Sequence record: SRR22947727_462
DNA: 45,516 nucleotides
Strand: one strand, 5' to 3'
Part shown: positions 1 to 9,181 of the stretch, one piece after another
How the letters are laid out: each line of letters begins with the position of its first letter
Numbering within the stretch: position 1 is the stretch's first letter
Made by a program: the position numbers and the translations under genes
Notes under the pieces: generated by a model
The model's input: only the letters and a program-made list of their open reading frames with translations
Told to the model about the DNA's origin: nothing
Databases searched by the model: none

Positions 1-911
1 ATCGCATGATTGAAAATAGGCATGGCACGCGCAACAACATCAGGTCGGATGGTTGCCCCGCCAATAATGAAATGGCGAAGTGATGACAGGTCGATATCAT
101 TGATACGGTCATCTTCGAGCATCATATAACAAAGCGTTGGCGGCACAAAAATTGTTGTCGCTTGCATTGTTTCAATCGCATCCAAAATCGCTGCAGGGCT
201 TGGTTGACCCATAAATAGCTGCGTGCCACCAACGGCGAAAATCGGCAAAATCATCGTATTGGCACCATGTGTCATTGGCGCTGCCAATAGATGGCGATCC
301 TTGGCATCAAAGCCAAATGCGGCAATCATCGACGCAATACAGCTATTAAAAACCCGGTAGCTTTGCATCACGCCTTTTGGCACCCCAGATGAACCGCCGG
401 TGAATTTGATCGCCTGCAGATCGTCGCTATCAGCCAGATGACGCCTTGGCATCTTGCCAGCATTGGCCGCCAGTAGCGCCGCCATATGACTGTTGGCGCG
501 AACTGCTGTTTCACCATTTTTTCCAGCCAGAAGATGACCCGTCACGGCACCGAATTTTTCATCACAATCAGCATCGAAAATCACAATGCTTGGTGCGATT
601 AAATCAATGATTCGATCCAGTTCTTCACGGCCATTGCGCGGGTTTAGCGGCACCCATATTTTGCCGGCAGCATAGGTTGCAAGCCAGCCAAGAAGATGCT
701 CGAAACTATTATAGGCGCAAATGCCAACACAGCTTTGCGGCGCGGGATCAATGGTCTGAAGCGCATTTGCCAGCGCATTGACCGACTTGGCAAGATCACC
801 ATAAGTGATTTTGCGTTGATCCGCCCCATCATTAATTTCAACGGCAATCCGATCTGGCCACCGTGTCGCCGATCGGAAAAAATTATCAATCGGCATCATG
901 ACGTGAGACAT
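1..911 (-). CDS. AMP-dependent acyl-CoA synthetase/ligase, truncated by the left window edge
   Basis: Not in the ORF track. Manual translation from ATG 911 gives MSHVMMPIDNFFRSATRWPDRIAVE..ITYGDL..WVPLNPR..AIKFTGGSSGVPKGVMQS..LAAPMTHG, including the AMP-binding P-loop. Confidence 0.88.
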   Translation of the reverse strand, partial: MSHVMMPIDNFFRSATRWPDRIAVEINDGADQRKITYGDLAKSVNALANALQTIDPAPQSCVGICAYNSFEHLLGWLATYAAGKIWVPLNPRNGREELDRIIDLIAPSIVIFDADCDEKFGAVTGHLLAGKNGETAVRANSHMAALLAANAGKMPRRHLADSDDLQAIKFTGGSSGVPKGVMQSYRVFNSCIASMIAAFGFDAKDRHLLAAPMTHGANTMILPIFAVGGTQLFMGQPSPAAILDAIETMQATTIFVPPTLCYMMLEDDRINDIDLSSLRHFIIGGATIRPDVVARAMPIFNHA

Positions 912-1005
912 TGAAAGACCCTTTTAAAAAATACAAAATGACAAGCGCCGAAATTGCGGCCGGCGGGCATGAATGAATGGGCAAAAGCCAAGCCAGTAAA
1001 GCCAA

Positions 1006-1746
1006 TCAGGCGATTAAAATATAGCCTCCTAGCCCCCCAAGCGCGATTAAAAATAATTGCCGAAACAAATCTTGTGACAGACGCTGGCGAAGCCCAAGAC
1101 CAATCTGCATGCCAATAAGCGCTGGCAATAACGCCGCCGCCGATAGGATGCCAAGCGATAAGGGCATCAGATCATGCCGGTATAGCGCCAACCCCAATGA
1201 TGCTGTTGAGGCGGCAAATAACATGCCCATTGCCTGCACAAGCGCATCACGCGGCAGGCCAATTGATTGCAAAAACATCACCCCTGGCACAAATAGCGTT
1301 CCGGTCAGTCCGGTCAATAGCCCATTTATCGCCCCGCAAACCGGCCCCAGAATCATCTCAAGGCGCGGTGATAATTGTGGCGGTTTTGTCATCAGGCCAG
1401 ATATCGCATAAAGCAGCAAAAGCGCCCCAAGACAGCGATGCAAAAATTGTGTCTCGACAAAGGTTGAAAGCTGGGCACCAAGATGAACCATCACCACCGC
1501 CATCAGCAAAAATCGCCAAAGCCGCCGCCACAGCGCGCCAATCTGATCGCCAGCCAATGCCTGCCAAAAATTGGTTGCCAAAGATGGCATCACCAACAGC
1601 GCCATTGCCGTTTGCAAATCGACAATGATTGACAAAAGACCAAGGCTAACCGTTGGCAAACCAAGCCCGACCATGCCTTTGACAAAACCGGCAAGGCAAA
1701 AAACAACGCCAACCATGATCAGTAAATTTGGATCAGCCATGGTCAT
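1006..1746 (-). CDS. TSUP (TauE/SafE) family membrane exporter
   Basis: 246-aa hydrophobic protein with LAGFVKGMVGLG and GAINGLLTGLTG motifs typical of TSUP. Confidence 0.85.
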   Translation of the reverse strand: MTMADPNLLIMVGVVFCLAGFVKGMVGLGLPTVSLGLLSIIVDLQTAMALLVMPSLATNFWQALAGDQIGALWRRLWRFLLMAVVMVHLGAQLSTFVETQFLHRCLGALLLLYAISGLMTKPPQLSPRLEMILGPVCGAINGLLTGLTGTLFVPGVMFLQSIGLPRDALVQAMGMLFAASTASLGLALYRHDLMPLSLGILSAAALLPALIGMQIGLGLRQRLSQDLFRQLFLIALGGLGGYILIA

Positions 1747-1897
1747 AATCCTGCTTTGCCGATTTCGGAACGGTTTTGGCCGATCGCGCTGAAGATAAAC
1801 GCTGGCGATAAAAGCGGCATGGTTTCATTGCCAAAGACTGGCAAGAAACAATCATAACAGCAAGGTTTCAATCGGGTAAAACAGCCGTTATCAGTGC

Positions 1898-2497
1898 CTA
1901 TTCGCCACGAATCCTGATAATTGTTCGCCGGTTTTTAGCCCATGCTTCGGGCGATGCGCCACGCATGGCTGGCCGTTCCTTGCCAAAAGATTTGGTAGTG
2001 ATCCGCCGCTGATCAACACCCATACGGGCAAGCTGTTTGCGAACCGCTTCAGCGCGTTTATGCCCAAGCGCGATGTTATAATCGCGGGTTCCACGCTCAT
2101 CACAATGACCCTCAATCAGAATTTGAACCGCCGGATAGGATTTCAGATAATCGGCAACAAACAAAAGACCTGACAGGGTTTGCTGGCTCAAAACCGCGCT
2201 GTCATAATCAAAATAGCTAAGATAGCCATCAATTTTGATATCAATTTTGGCCTGTTTGGTGGCAGCCTTTGATGGTGCCTGATCTAGAGATTGATCTGAT
2301 GTTTGGTCGGTTATTTGAGCTGGAGCCGCATTTTCAGCTTTGGCAGGTGCCGCATCAGCCTGTGCAGCCGATGGCATTTCCACAACCGGACAGGCGCGAT
2401 CAGCCGGACAGGCAGGGCCATCTTCGAAAACAACGACGCTACAGCCGCTGAGCCATAGGCCGATAAAGGCGGCGCGCAATGTCCGGCAGATCATCAT
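1898..2497 (-). CDS. Pal-like OmpA_C peptidoglycan-associated lipoprotein
   Basis: Lipobox LSGC; C-terminal YFDYDS..IEGHCDERGTRDYNIALGHKRA..SFGKERP..WAKNRR. Confidence 0.88.
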   Translation of the reverse strand: MMICRTLRAAFIGLWLSGCSVVVFEDGPACPADRACPVVEMPSAAQADAAPAKAENAAPAQITDQTSDQSLDQAPSKAATKQAKIDIKIDGYLSYFDYDSAVLSQQTLSGLLFVADYLKSYPAVQILIEGHCDERGTRDYNIALGHKRAEAVRKQLARMGVDQRRITTKSFGKERPAMRGASPEAWAKNRRTIIRIRGE

Positions 2498-2726
2498 AAT
2501 GGTTTACGCCTGTTTTCACTATCTTTGGTCTTCTTGCCAAAAGGATAACGACCCTGTTCGGATTTATGTAAGCCTTTGCCGCGGCTTTTTTGAAATTGCG
2601 CCATTATCGGGTTGTCGGTTTGCGGCAAGGCCGATAGCCTAAAACAGCACGAATTCCCGATGTGCAGCCACAAGGCTGTTCATCAGCCAGATATCCCATT
2701 TGGTACAAATCACCGGAGCCAAAACC

Positions 2727-4067
2727 ATGAATTTATTTCCCAAACTTCAACAACGCGATGCAGAACAAAATCCGATCCGAATTGGCATGATTGGCGCTGG
2801 TAAATTTGGCAGCATGTTTTTGGCGCAGGCAAACCGGCTTCCGGGGATTCATGTTGTTGGCATTGCCGATCTTAACCCGGCAAATGCCCGCTCGAATCTT
2901 GCCTATGTTGGTTGGCCAGCTGAAAAATACAATGCCGCATCGCTTGATGATGCGGTGAAAACCGGCACTAGTTTCGTTGGTGACGATTGGCAGGCTCTTA
3001 TCAGCCATCCGGCAATTGACATGATTATTGAATGCACCGGCGATCCAGTTGCCGCCGTCCATCATGTTATAACCGCGTTTCAGCATGGCAAAAATGTTAT
3101 CAATGCAACGGTTGAAGCCGATGCTTTTTGTGGCGCGGGTCTCAATCAGGCAGCGATCGAGGCAGGGGTTGTCTATTCGATGGCCTATGGTGACCAGCCG
3201 GCGCTGACCTGTGAACTTGTCGATTGGGCGCGGACATGTGGCTTTAAGGTGGTGGCGGCCGGACGTGGGCATAAATGGCTTGCCGAATATCGGTTTTCAA
3301 CACCTGAAACAATCTGGAATTATTGGGGGCTAACCGCCGAACAGGCCGAACGTGGCCGGTTAAATCCAAAAATGTTTAACTCATTTCTTGATGGGTCAAA
3401 ACCGGCGATCGAATCGGCTGCCATTGCCAATGCCACCGGCCTTGGCGTTCCGCAAAACGGGCTAGCTTTCCCGCCAGGCGGTGTTGATGATATTGCAAAT
3501 CTAATGCGGCCGAAATCGGTTGGCGGGGTTTTGGAATCCGAAGGTCTTGTCGAGGTGATCTCATGCCTGACGCCCGATGGTGCCGAAATTCCGCATGATA
3601 TTCGCAAAGGCGTTTGGGTCGCCATCGAAGCCGATAATGATTATGTGCGCAATTGCTTTGAAGAATATAAAGTCATCACCGACACAACCGGCCGCTATAT
3701 GAGCCTCTATAAAAAATGGCATTTGATCGGGCTAGAGCTTGGCATGTCGGTTGCCTCGGTTGGGCTTCGCGGCGAGCCAACTGGTGCTGCTACCTGTTTC
3801 AATGCTGATGTACCAGCCATTGCCAAAGCCGATCTTGGCGCTGGCAGCATGCTTGATGGTGAAGGTGGCTTTACCATCTATGGCGGGGTGCGGCCTGCGG
3901 CGATGTCAGTCGCCAATCGCTATTTGCCTTTGGGGCTTGCCAATCATGTCAAGCTGGTGCGCCCAGTCAAAAAGGATCAGCCCATTACGCTTGATGATGT
4001 TGAAATTGAAACAACATCAACAGCCTATAAGCTGCGCAAAAAAACCATTGCCATGCTGGCGCGTTGA
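2727..4067 (+). CDS. NAD(P)-dependent oxidoreductase, homoserine dehydrogenase-like, with C-terminal SAF domain (COG4091-like)
   Basis: Rossmann IGAGKFG, YGDQP, FLDGSK and C-terminal LDGEGGF..LPLGLA..V..DQPITLDDV. Start placed at ATG 2727 after GGAG. Confidence 0.82.
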   Translation: MNLFPKLQQRDAEQNPIRIGMIGAGKFGSMFLAQANRLPGIHVVGIADLNPANARSNLAYVGWPAEKYNAASLDDAVKTGTSFVGDDWQALISHPAIDMIIECTGDPVAAVHHVITAFQHGKNVINATVEADAFCGAGLNQAAIEAGVVYSMAYGDQPALTCELVDWARTCGFKVVAAGRGHKWLAEYRFSTPETIWNYWGLTAEQAERGRLNPKMFNSFLDGSKPAIESAAIANATGLGVPQNGLAFPPGGVDDIANLMRPKSVGGVLESEGLVEVISCLTPDGAEIPHDIRKGVWVAIEADNDYVRNCFEEYKVITDTTGRYMSLYKKWHLIGLELGMSVASVGLRGEPTGAATCFNADVPAIAKADLGAGSMLDGEGGFTIYGGVRPAAMSVANRYLPLGLANHVKLVRPVKKDQPITLDDVEIETTSTAYKLRKKTIAMLAR

Positions 4068-4088
4068 TCGAGATGTGACCAGATAGCC

Positions 4089-4117
4089 TTGCCCCGAAAT
4101 GGCAACAGCGTTAGAAC
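4089..4117 (+). promoter_or_regulatory. Putative sigma70 promoter for glcG
   Basis: TTGCCC-N17-TAGAAC. Confidence 0.45.
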
Positions 4118-4220
4118 AGACAATGAATAGAGGGACAGGCTTCCCCAAGTCAAACTGCGTCCGGCCTAGATACAGACTAGTCCTCTCTTTTTAGGCCTCT
4201 TAATTTTAAAGGAATTCCCA

Positions 4221-4649
4221 ATGTCAGTTACTTTGGATCAAGCCCGTATCATCTCCGAAGCCGCCCTTGCCAAAGCGCGCGAACTCGGTCTGAAACCTAT
4301 TAGCGTTATCATTATGGACCCACGCACATCGCTTGTTGCCTGCCTGTCAGAAGAAGGCGTCAGCCAGATGCGGTGGCGCATTGCACAAGGCAAGGCAAAT
4401 GCCGCAATCAAGCTTGGCTTGGGCACCCGCGCATTGATGGCGCGCGCTGAACAGCAAGCCTATTTCATTCAAGCCATGAACGGACTTGCCGATGGCGAAT
4501 TTGTTCCTGTCCCGGGCGGTGTTTTGATTCGTGATGCCGATGGCAATCTGCTCGGTGCAATTGGCATTTCGGGAGATACATCAGATAATGACGAAGCCGC
4601 CGCCCTTGCAGGTATCGCTGCGGCTGGGCTGGTTGCCGAAACCGGCTAA
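4221..4649 (+). CDS. GlcG/HbpS family heme-binding protein
   Basis: IAQGKANAA, PGGVLIRD..GAIGISGDTSDNDE; AAGGA RBS. Confidence 0.88.
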   Translation: MSVTLDQARIISEAALAKARELGLKPISVIIMDPRTSLVACLSEEGVSQMRWRIAQGKANAAIKLGLGTRALMARAEQQAYFIQAMNGLADGEFVPVPGGVLIRDADGNLLGAIGISGDTSDNDEAAALAGIAAAGLVAETG

Positions 4650-4688
4650 GCGCGGCCTTTTCCAACATAACCGCAATTGTGATTTGGC

Positions 4689-6197
4689 TCAGCCCTGAAA
4701 AGTTGAGCCAAATTCATCGCGAAGGATATTTTTCTGCACCTTGCCCATCGTATTGCGTGGCAGTGAGTCAACAAGAATCAATTTGCGGGGCTGTTTGAAT
4801 CGGGCAAGTGTTTTGCCAAGATCGGCCTCGATCGCGTCAAGATCGACCGGCTGGCCACCATCGGCAACCAGAATGCCGATCACGCTTTCACCAAAATCAG
4901 GATGGGGCGCACCAATGACGGCGCTTTCCAAAACACCCGGCTGTTCATCGAGAACCAGCTCGATTTCCTTTGGATAGATATTATAGCCACCCGAAATGAT
5001 TAGATCCTTGTTACGGCCGACAATTTGTAAATAGCCATGCTCGTCAATGCGGCCAAGATCGCCGGTAATGAAAAACCCATCTTCACGCAGTTCTTCGCGG
5101 GTTTTTTCGGGCATGTTCCAGTAGCCAACAAACACATTTGGCCCACGCACTTCGATTTGGCCAATTTCACCATCGACAAGCGTTTCGCCATTATCCGGGT
5201 TGGTGATTTTCATATCCACACCGGGCAACGCCATGCCAACCGTACCGGCGCGACGTTCGCCATCATAGGGGTTGGATGTGTTCATATTGGTTTCAGTCAT
5301 GCCATAGCGCTCGAGAATACGGTGCCCTGTCCGGCTTTCAAATTGGATATGGGTTTCAGCCAGCAAAGGCGCACTTCCCGAAATGAAAAGCCGCATATGG
5401 CGCGTTAGATCAGGTGTCAGCCGCGGATCATCAAGAAGCCGTGTATAGAAGGTTGGGACCCCCATCATCGAGCTTGCCTTTGGCAGCGCATCAATCACCA
5501 TATCGGCCGAAAATTTCGGCAAGAAGATCATGCTTGCCTTGGCCAGAAGGATAATATTCGTCGCCACAAACAAACCATGTGTGTGGAAAATCGGCAGCGC
5601 ATGAAGAAGCACATCATTCGCATCAAACCGCCATTCGCCAATCAAGGTTTCGGCATTTGACAAAAGGTTGTTTTGCGTCAGCATCGCGCCTTTTGACCGG
5701 CCAGTTGTCCCTGATGTGTAAAGAAAAGCCGCCAGGTCATCGGCACCGCGAGGCACGGTGGCAAATATATCGCTTGCGGTTGCCGCACTATCGGCAAAAC
5801 TGCCGCTACCATCGGCATTCAACCGTTCAAGAACCGCGCCATGCTCGCTTGCCACCGCTGCAAGGTCAAAATGCTGGTCGGCGACGACAAGCTTGGCACC
5901 TGAGTCACCAACAAAATAGGAAACTTCGGCTGGCGTATAGGCCGTATTCAGCGGCAGGAAAATAACCCCTGATTGAACACAGGCAGCATAAAGCGCAAGC
6001 GCTTCGGCAGATTTTTCAATTTGCGCCGCCAGCCGGTCACCAACATCGAGTCCAATTGACTGGATAACATTTGCAAATCGCGCCGTTTGCCGCAAAAAAC
6101 TGTCATAGGATTGCTGTGACCCATCGGCAAAGATTAAGAACGGCTTTTGATCACCTTGATGACATCCAAACAAACGGTCATACAGTAAATTCGACAT
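4689..6197 (-). CDS. matB: Malonyl-CoA synthetase (malonate--CoA ligase)
   Basis: YTSGTTGRSKGAML, HALPIFHTHGLFVA, ILERYGMTET, PRNTMGKVQKN; next to malonyl-CoA decarboxylase. Start placed at ATG 6197. Confidence 0.92.
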   Translation of the reverse strand: MSNLLYDRLFGCHQGDQKPFLIFADGSQQSYDSFLRQTARFANVIQSIGLDVGDRLAAQIEKSAEALALYAACVQSGVIFLPLNTAYTPAEVSYFVGDSGAKLVVADQHFDLAAVASEHGAVLERLNADGSGSFADSAATASDIFATVPRGADDLAAFLYTSGTTGRSKGAMLTQNNLLSNAETLIGEWRFDANDVLLHALPIFHTHGLFVATNIILLAKASMIFLPKFSADMVIDALPKASSMMGVPTFYTRLLDDPRLTPDLTRHMRLFISGSAPLLAETHIQFESRTGHRILERYGMTETNMNTSNPYDGERRAGTVGMALPGVDMKITNPDNGETLVDGEIGQIEVRGPNVFVGYWNMPEKTREELREDGFFITGDLGRIDEHGYLQIVGRNKDLIISGGYNIYPKEIELVLDEQPGVLESAVIGAPHPDFGESVIGILVADGGQPVDLDAIEADLGKTLARFKQPRKLILVDSLPRNTMGKVQKNILRDEFGSTFQG

Positions 6198-6235
6198 GGA
6201 GATTTCCCACAAAAAATAACGTCAACAGCAAACCG

Positions 6236-7489
6236 CTATGTAGCGCGGTCAGTAATTTCAATTTCAGCAGCCAGCGTTTTTACCGATTTTTCGGCAATCA
6301 CCGTTTGTTGATTGGCAAAAGCTTCATGATTTTCACTGATCCGGGACAGATCATAGCGATAATTTACCATGACGCCACAAGATTGCGCCATGCCATTTTT
6401 CGACTTGTCAGCATTAGCATGAACCGCGCCAACAAGCGCCCCATTATTCAGATGAAACCGCGCCACCGGATCACGCGGTTGGCCAGTATGATGCTTGGCA
6501 TTCAGCAGATAATGCGCGGCCAATTGCCTATGGGTTTCGGCCGTGGCATCAGCATCAAAATTGCCGGTTTCACGAAGCCATTTTACCAGCCCGGGAATTG
6601 GCGATAAGGTGACGAAATTTCGGATTTGGGGCAATTCACGTAGCAAATGTTGAACCACGGTTTTGATCAATGAATTGCCAAAGGAAATGCCAGCAAGGCC
6701 CGCCTGACAATTCGAAATTGAATAAAAGGCCGCAGTATCAGCCTTTTCAGCCGCCATCGCATCACGGTTTTCAAGAAGGACGCTTTGAATCGAATTTGGC
6801 GTTCCTTTGGTCAACGCCACCTCGACAAAGATCAGCGGTTCATCAGGCATTGCCGGATGGAAAAATGCAAAACAGCGGCGATCTTCAGGCTGTAACCGGC
6901 GCCGCAAATCATCCCAATTTTCAATCTCGTGAACCGATTCATAGGTGATGATCTTTTCCAGAATATGCGCCGGACTTGACCAGTTGATCGGTCGCAAAAC
7001 AAGGAATCCACGGTTAAACCATGATGCAAACAAATGTTTGAAATCGACATTCAATTTGCCAAGATCGTGATGTTCGGGAAGAAACCGGATCAAGTCTTCG
7101 CGCATTGCCACCAATTTGGCGGTGGCGTCATGCGTTTGGTTCAACCGACGAATTAATTGCAATCGGGCAGGCTCAACCCTAGCCGTCATCGCCTCATAGT
7201 TTTTGGCAGATGGTGCGTCCTGATAGTCCTTGATTGCCGCGATCGCAATCTCGGCAGGAACATCCATGTCATTTGCCAGAAGCGAAAACCAAGCCAGCTT
7301 GCCGGCATCATCAAGATCGGCATAGCGGTCAAGAATCAATTGCGCAAGCGACATTCCCGACACATCACCGCGGCTTGATAATAATGCCTGACACAAGGCG
7401 TCAATTGGCTTGTTATCATCTTCAACGCGGCTAGCAAGGCCAAGCTTGCGATCAAACAAGCTGGACAGAATATCAGCAAAAAAATTCAC
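6236..7489 (-). CDS. matA: Malonyl-CoA decarboxylase
   Basis: SWFNRGFL, YESVHEI..W.DLRRRL, FYSISNCQ.GL.GISFGN, FVTLSPIPG, DPVARFHL.NGA, MVNY.Y. Confidence 0.93.
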   Translation of the reverse strand: MNFFADILSSLFDRKLGLASRVEDDNKPIDALCQALLSSRGDVSGMSLAQLILDRYADLDDAGKLAWFSLLANDMDVPAEIAIAAIKDYQDAPSAKNYEAMTARVEPARLQLIRRLNQTHDATAKLVAMREDLIRFLPEHHDLGKLNVDFKHLFASWFNRGFLVLRPINWSSPAHILEKIITYESVHEIENWDDLRRRLQPEDRRCFAFFHPAMPDEPLIFVEVALTKGTPNSIQSVLLENRDAMAAEKADTAAFYSISNCQAGLAGISFGNSLIKTVVQHLLRELPQIRNFVTLSPIPGLVKWLRETGNFDADATAETHRQLAAHYLLNAKHHTGQPRDPVARFHLNNGALVGAVHANADKSKNGMAQSCGVMVNYRYDLSRISENHEAFANQQTVIAEKSVKTLAAEIEITDRAT

Positions 7490-7586
7490 CCGTTTAATCC
7501 TTCAATTTTCAATGGCAAAAAGCCAGTTTTTCGTGCTGACAAAATGCGAAACTTTAGCTAATCACAGCTAGTTTCTCAGCATCTAG

Positions 7587-7615
7587 AATATAAGCAGCCA
7601 TCTTCACCATCACAA
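7587..7615 (-). promoter_or_regulatory. Putative sigma70 promoter for matA-matB
   Basis: Minus strand TTGTGA-N17-TATATT. Confidence 0.45.
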
Positions 7616-7709
7616 GGCAAAGAAGGCATTGTCATATGGGGAAATAGCTAGAAAACAGATTACAGATCGCCACCGCGACAACTAAATACCGCGGCTGCCA
7701 TGATCCGTT

Positions 7710-8894
7710 TTACCCTATCGCCGCAAAGGCCGATTCAAGATCGGCAATCAAATCGATTTTATCCTCTAAACCAACTGACAGCCTTATATGTGATGGTGTG
7801 ATATTCAGGCTGGCCCTGTCAGCATCGCTTAGATTGGCGTGCGTTGTGGTAAAAGGATGACAGGCAAGCGATTTTGAGTCGCCAAGATTATTCGAGATAT
7901 CGATCAGCGCAAGCGCATTCAAGAACCGAAAGGCCACCGCCTGATCCCCATCAATTTCAAAGGCAAGCATATTGCCAAAACCACTCATTTGCCGTTTTGC
8001 AAGATCATGTTGCGGATGGCTTTCATGGCCAGGATAGCTGATTGATTTCACCTTTGGATGATCATGCAGAAACGCCGCCACATGCCCCGCATTTTCGGTT
8101 TGCGCGGCAACCCGAAGCGGCAATGTTTCAAGTGATTTCAGCATCACCCAAGCATTAAAGGCGCTAATGGCAGCGCCGGTTTGACGGTAAAAAGGTAAAA
8201 ACACATCTTCGACAAAGCTGGCCTTGCCAAGAACCGCACCACCAAGCAACCGACCCTGACCGTCAATATGTTTGGTGGTTGAATAAATAACAATATCAGC
8301 CCCCAATTCCAACGGCTTTTGGTAAAGCGGCGAGGCAAAAACATTATCGACCAGAACAAGCGCGCCAGCATCATGGGCAAGATCACAAACCGCAGCAATA
8401 TCAACAAGTTCAAGAACCGGGTTTGACGGGCTTTCCAGAAACACCAGCTTGGCAGGCGTTGCCAATGCGGCTTGCCATGCGGCAAGGTCAGTGCCGTCAA
8501 TCAGCTCGGTTTTCACCCCCCATTTTGGCAGGATTTTTGTCAAAATTGCATGGCAGGCGCCAAAAAGCGCCCGGCTGGCCACAACACGATCACCGCTTTT
8601 AAGCTGGCATGCCAAGGCACCAAAAACCGCCGCCATGCCGGTTCCAGTCGCGCGGCAAGCCTCGGCACCTTCAAGAAGCGCCAATCGCTGTTCAAACATT
8701 TTGACCGTCGGATTGCCATAGCGTGAATAGACAAATGTATCAATTTCATCGCGAAACGCCGCCGCCGCCTGTTCAGCCGAGTCATAAACAAAGCCCGAGG
8801 TCATATAAAGCGCTTCTGAGGTTTCTCGATTTTCAGAACGATTATGGCCACCACGAACCAGTTTTGTGGCGATTTGATAATCCTTATCAGTCAC
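7710..8894 (-). CDS. metZ: O-succinylhomoserine sulfhydrylase
   Basis: ETSEALYMTSGF, YSRYGNPTV, PLP-lysine motif STTKHIDGQGR, ISNNLGDSKS. Confidence 0.92.
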   Translation of the reverse strand: MTDKDYQIATKLVRGGHNRSENRETSEALYMTSGFVYDSAEQAAAAFRDEIDTFVYSRYGNPTVKMFEQRLALLEGAEACRATGTGMAAVFGALACQLKSGDRVVASRALFGACHAILTKILPKWGVKTELIDGTDLAAWQAALATPAKLVFLESPSNPVLELVDIAAVCDLAHDAGALVLVDNVFASPLYQKPLELGADIVIYSTTKHIDGQGRLLGGAVLGKASFVEDVFLPFYRQTGAAISAFNAWVMLKSLETLPLRVAAQTENAGHVAAFLHDHPKVKSISYPGHESHPQHDLAKRQMSGFGNMLAFEIDGDQAVAFRFLNALALIDISNNLGDSKSLACHPFTTTHANLSDADRASLNITPSHIRLSVGLEDKIDLIADLESAFAAIG

Positions 8895-8899
8895 GATGA

Positions 8900-9094
8900 T
8901 TAATCCTGTTCCAAAGCTTGATGGTTTTGGGTCATTTCCGGCAGAATCACCGCCTGACCCACAATCCGATTGCCATTATCCATGACCATAACCGGATTGC
9001 CATATAAAATATAACCTTCGGCAAGAACGTCAGAAACACGCTGACAAAAGACGGCGTCATCGACACCACTTAAAAAGCGATATGATTTTTTCAT
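8900..9094 (-). CDS. DUF1737-like small protein
   Basis: YRFLSGVDDAVFCQRVS..L.EGY.LYG.P..GQAV; GAGG RBS before ATG 9094. Confidence 0.75.
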   Translation of the reverse strand: MKKSYRFLSGVDDAVFCQRVSDVLAEGYILYGNPVMVMDNGNRIVGQAVILPEMTQNHQALEQD

Positions 9095-9181
9095 GTCGAG
9101 AATCCTCAAAACCGTCATTTGTGACGCAATCACTGCTGAAAGATCACAATTGCGAAGGTTTAATCTGATAGGCCAATAAGG

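Noticed and set aside
2291-2320. 24/30 identity between the Pal linker DNA and the metK-trmB spacer (43107-43136)
   Set aside because: My rough estimate gives a few such matches by chance in an all-versus-all comparison of 45 kb, and both segments are low-complexity.
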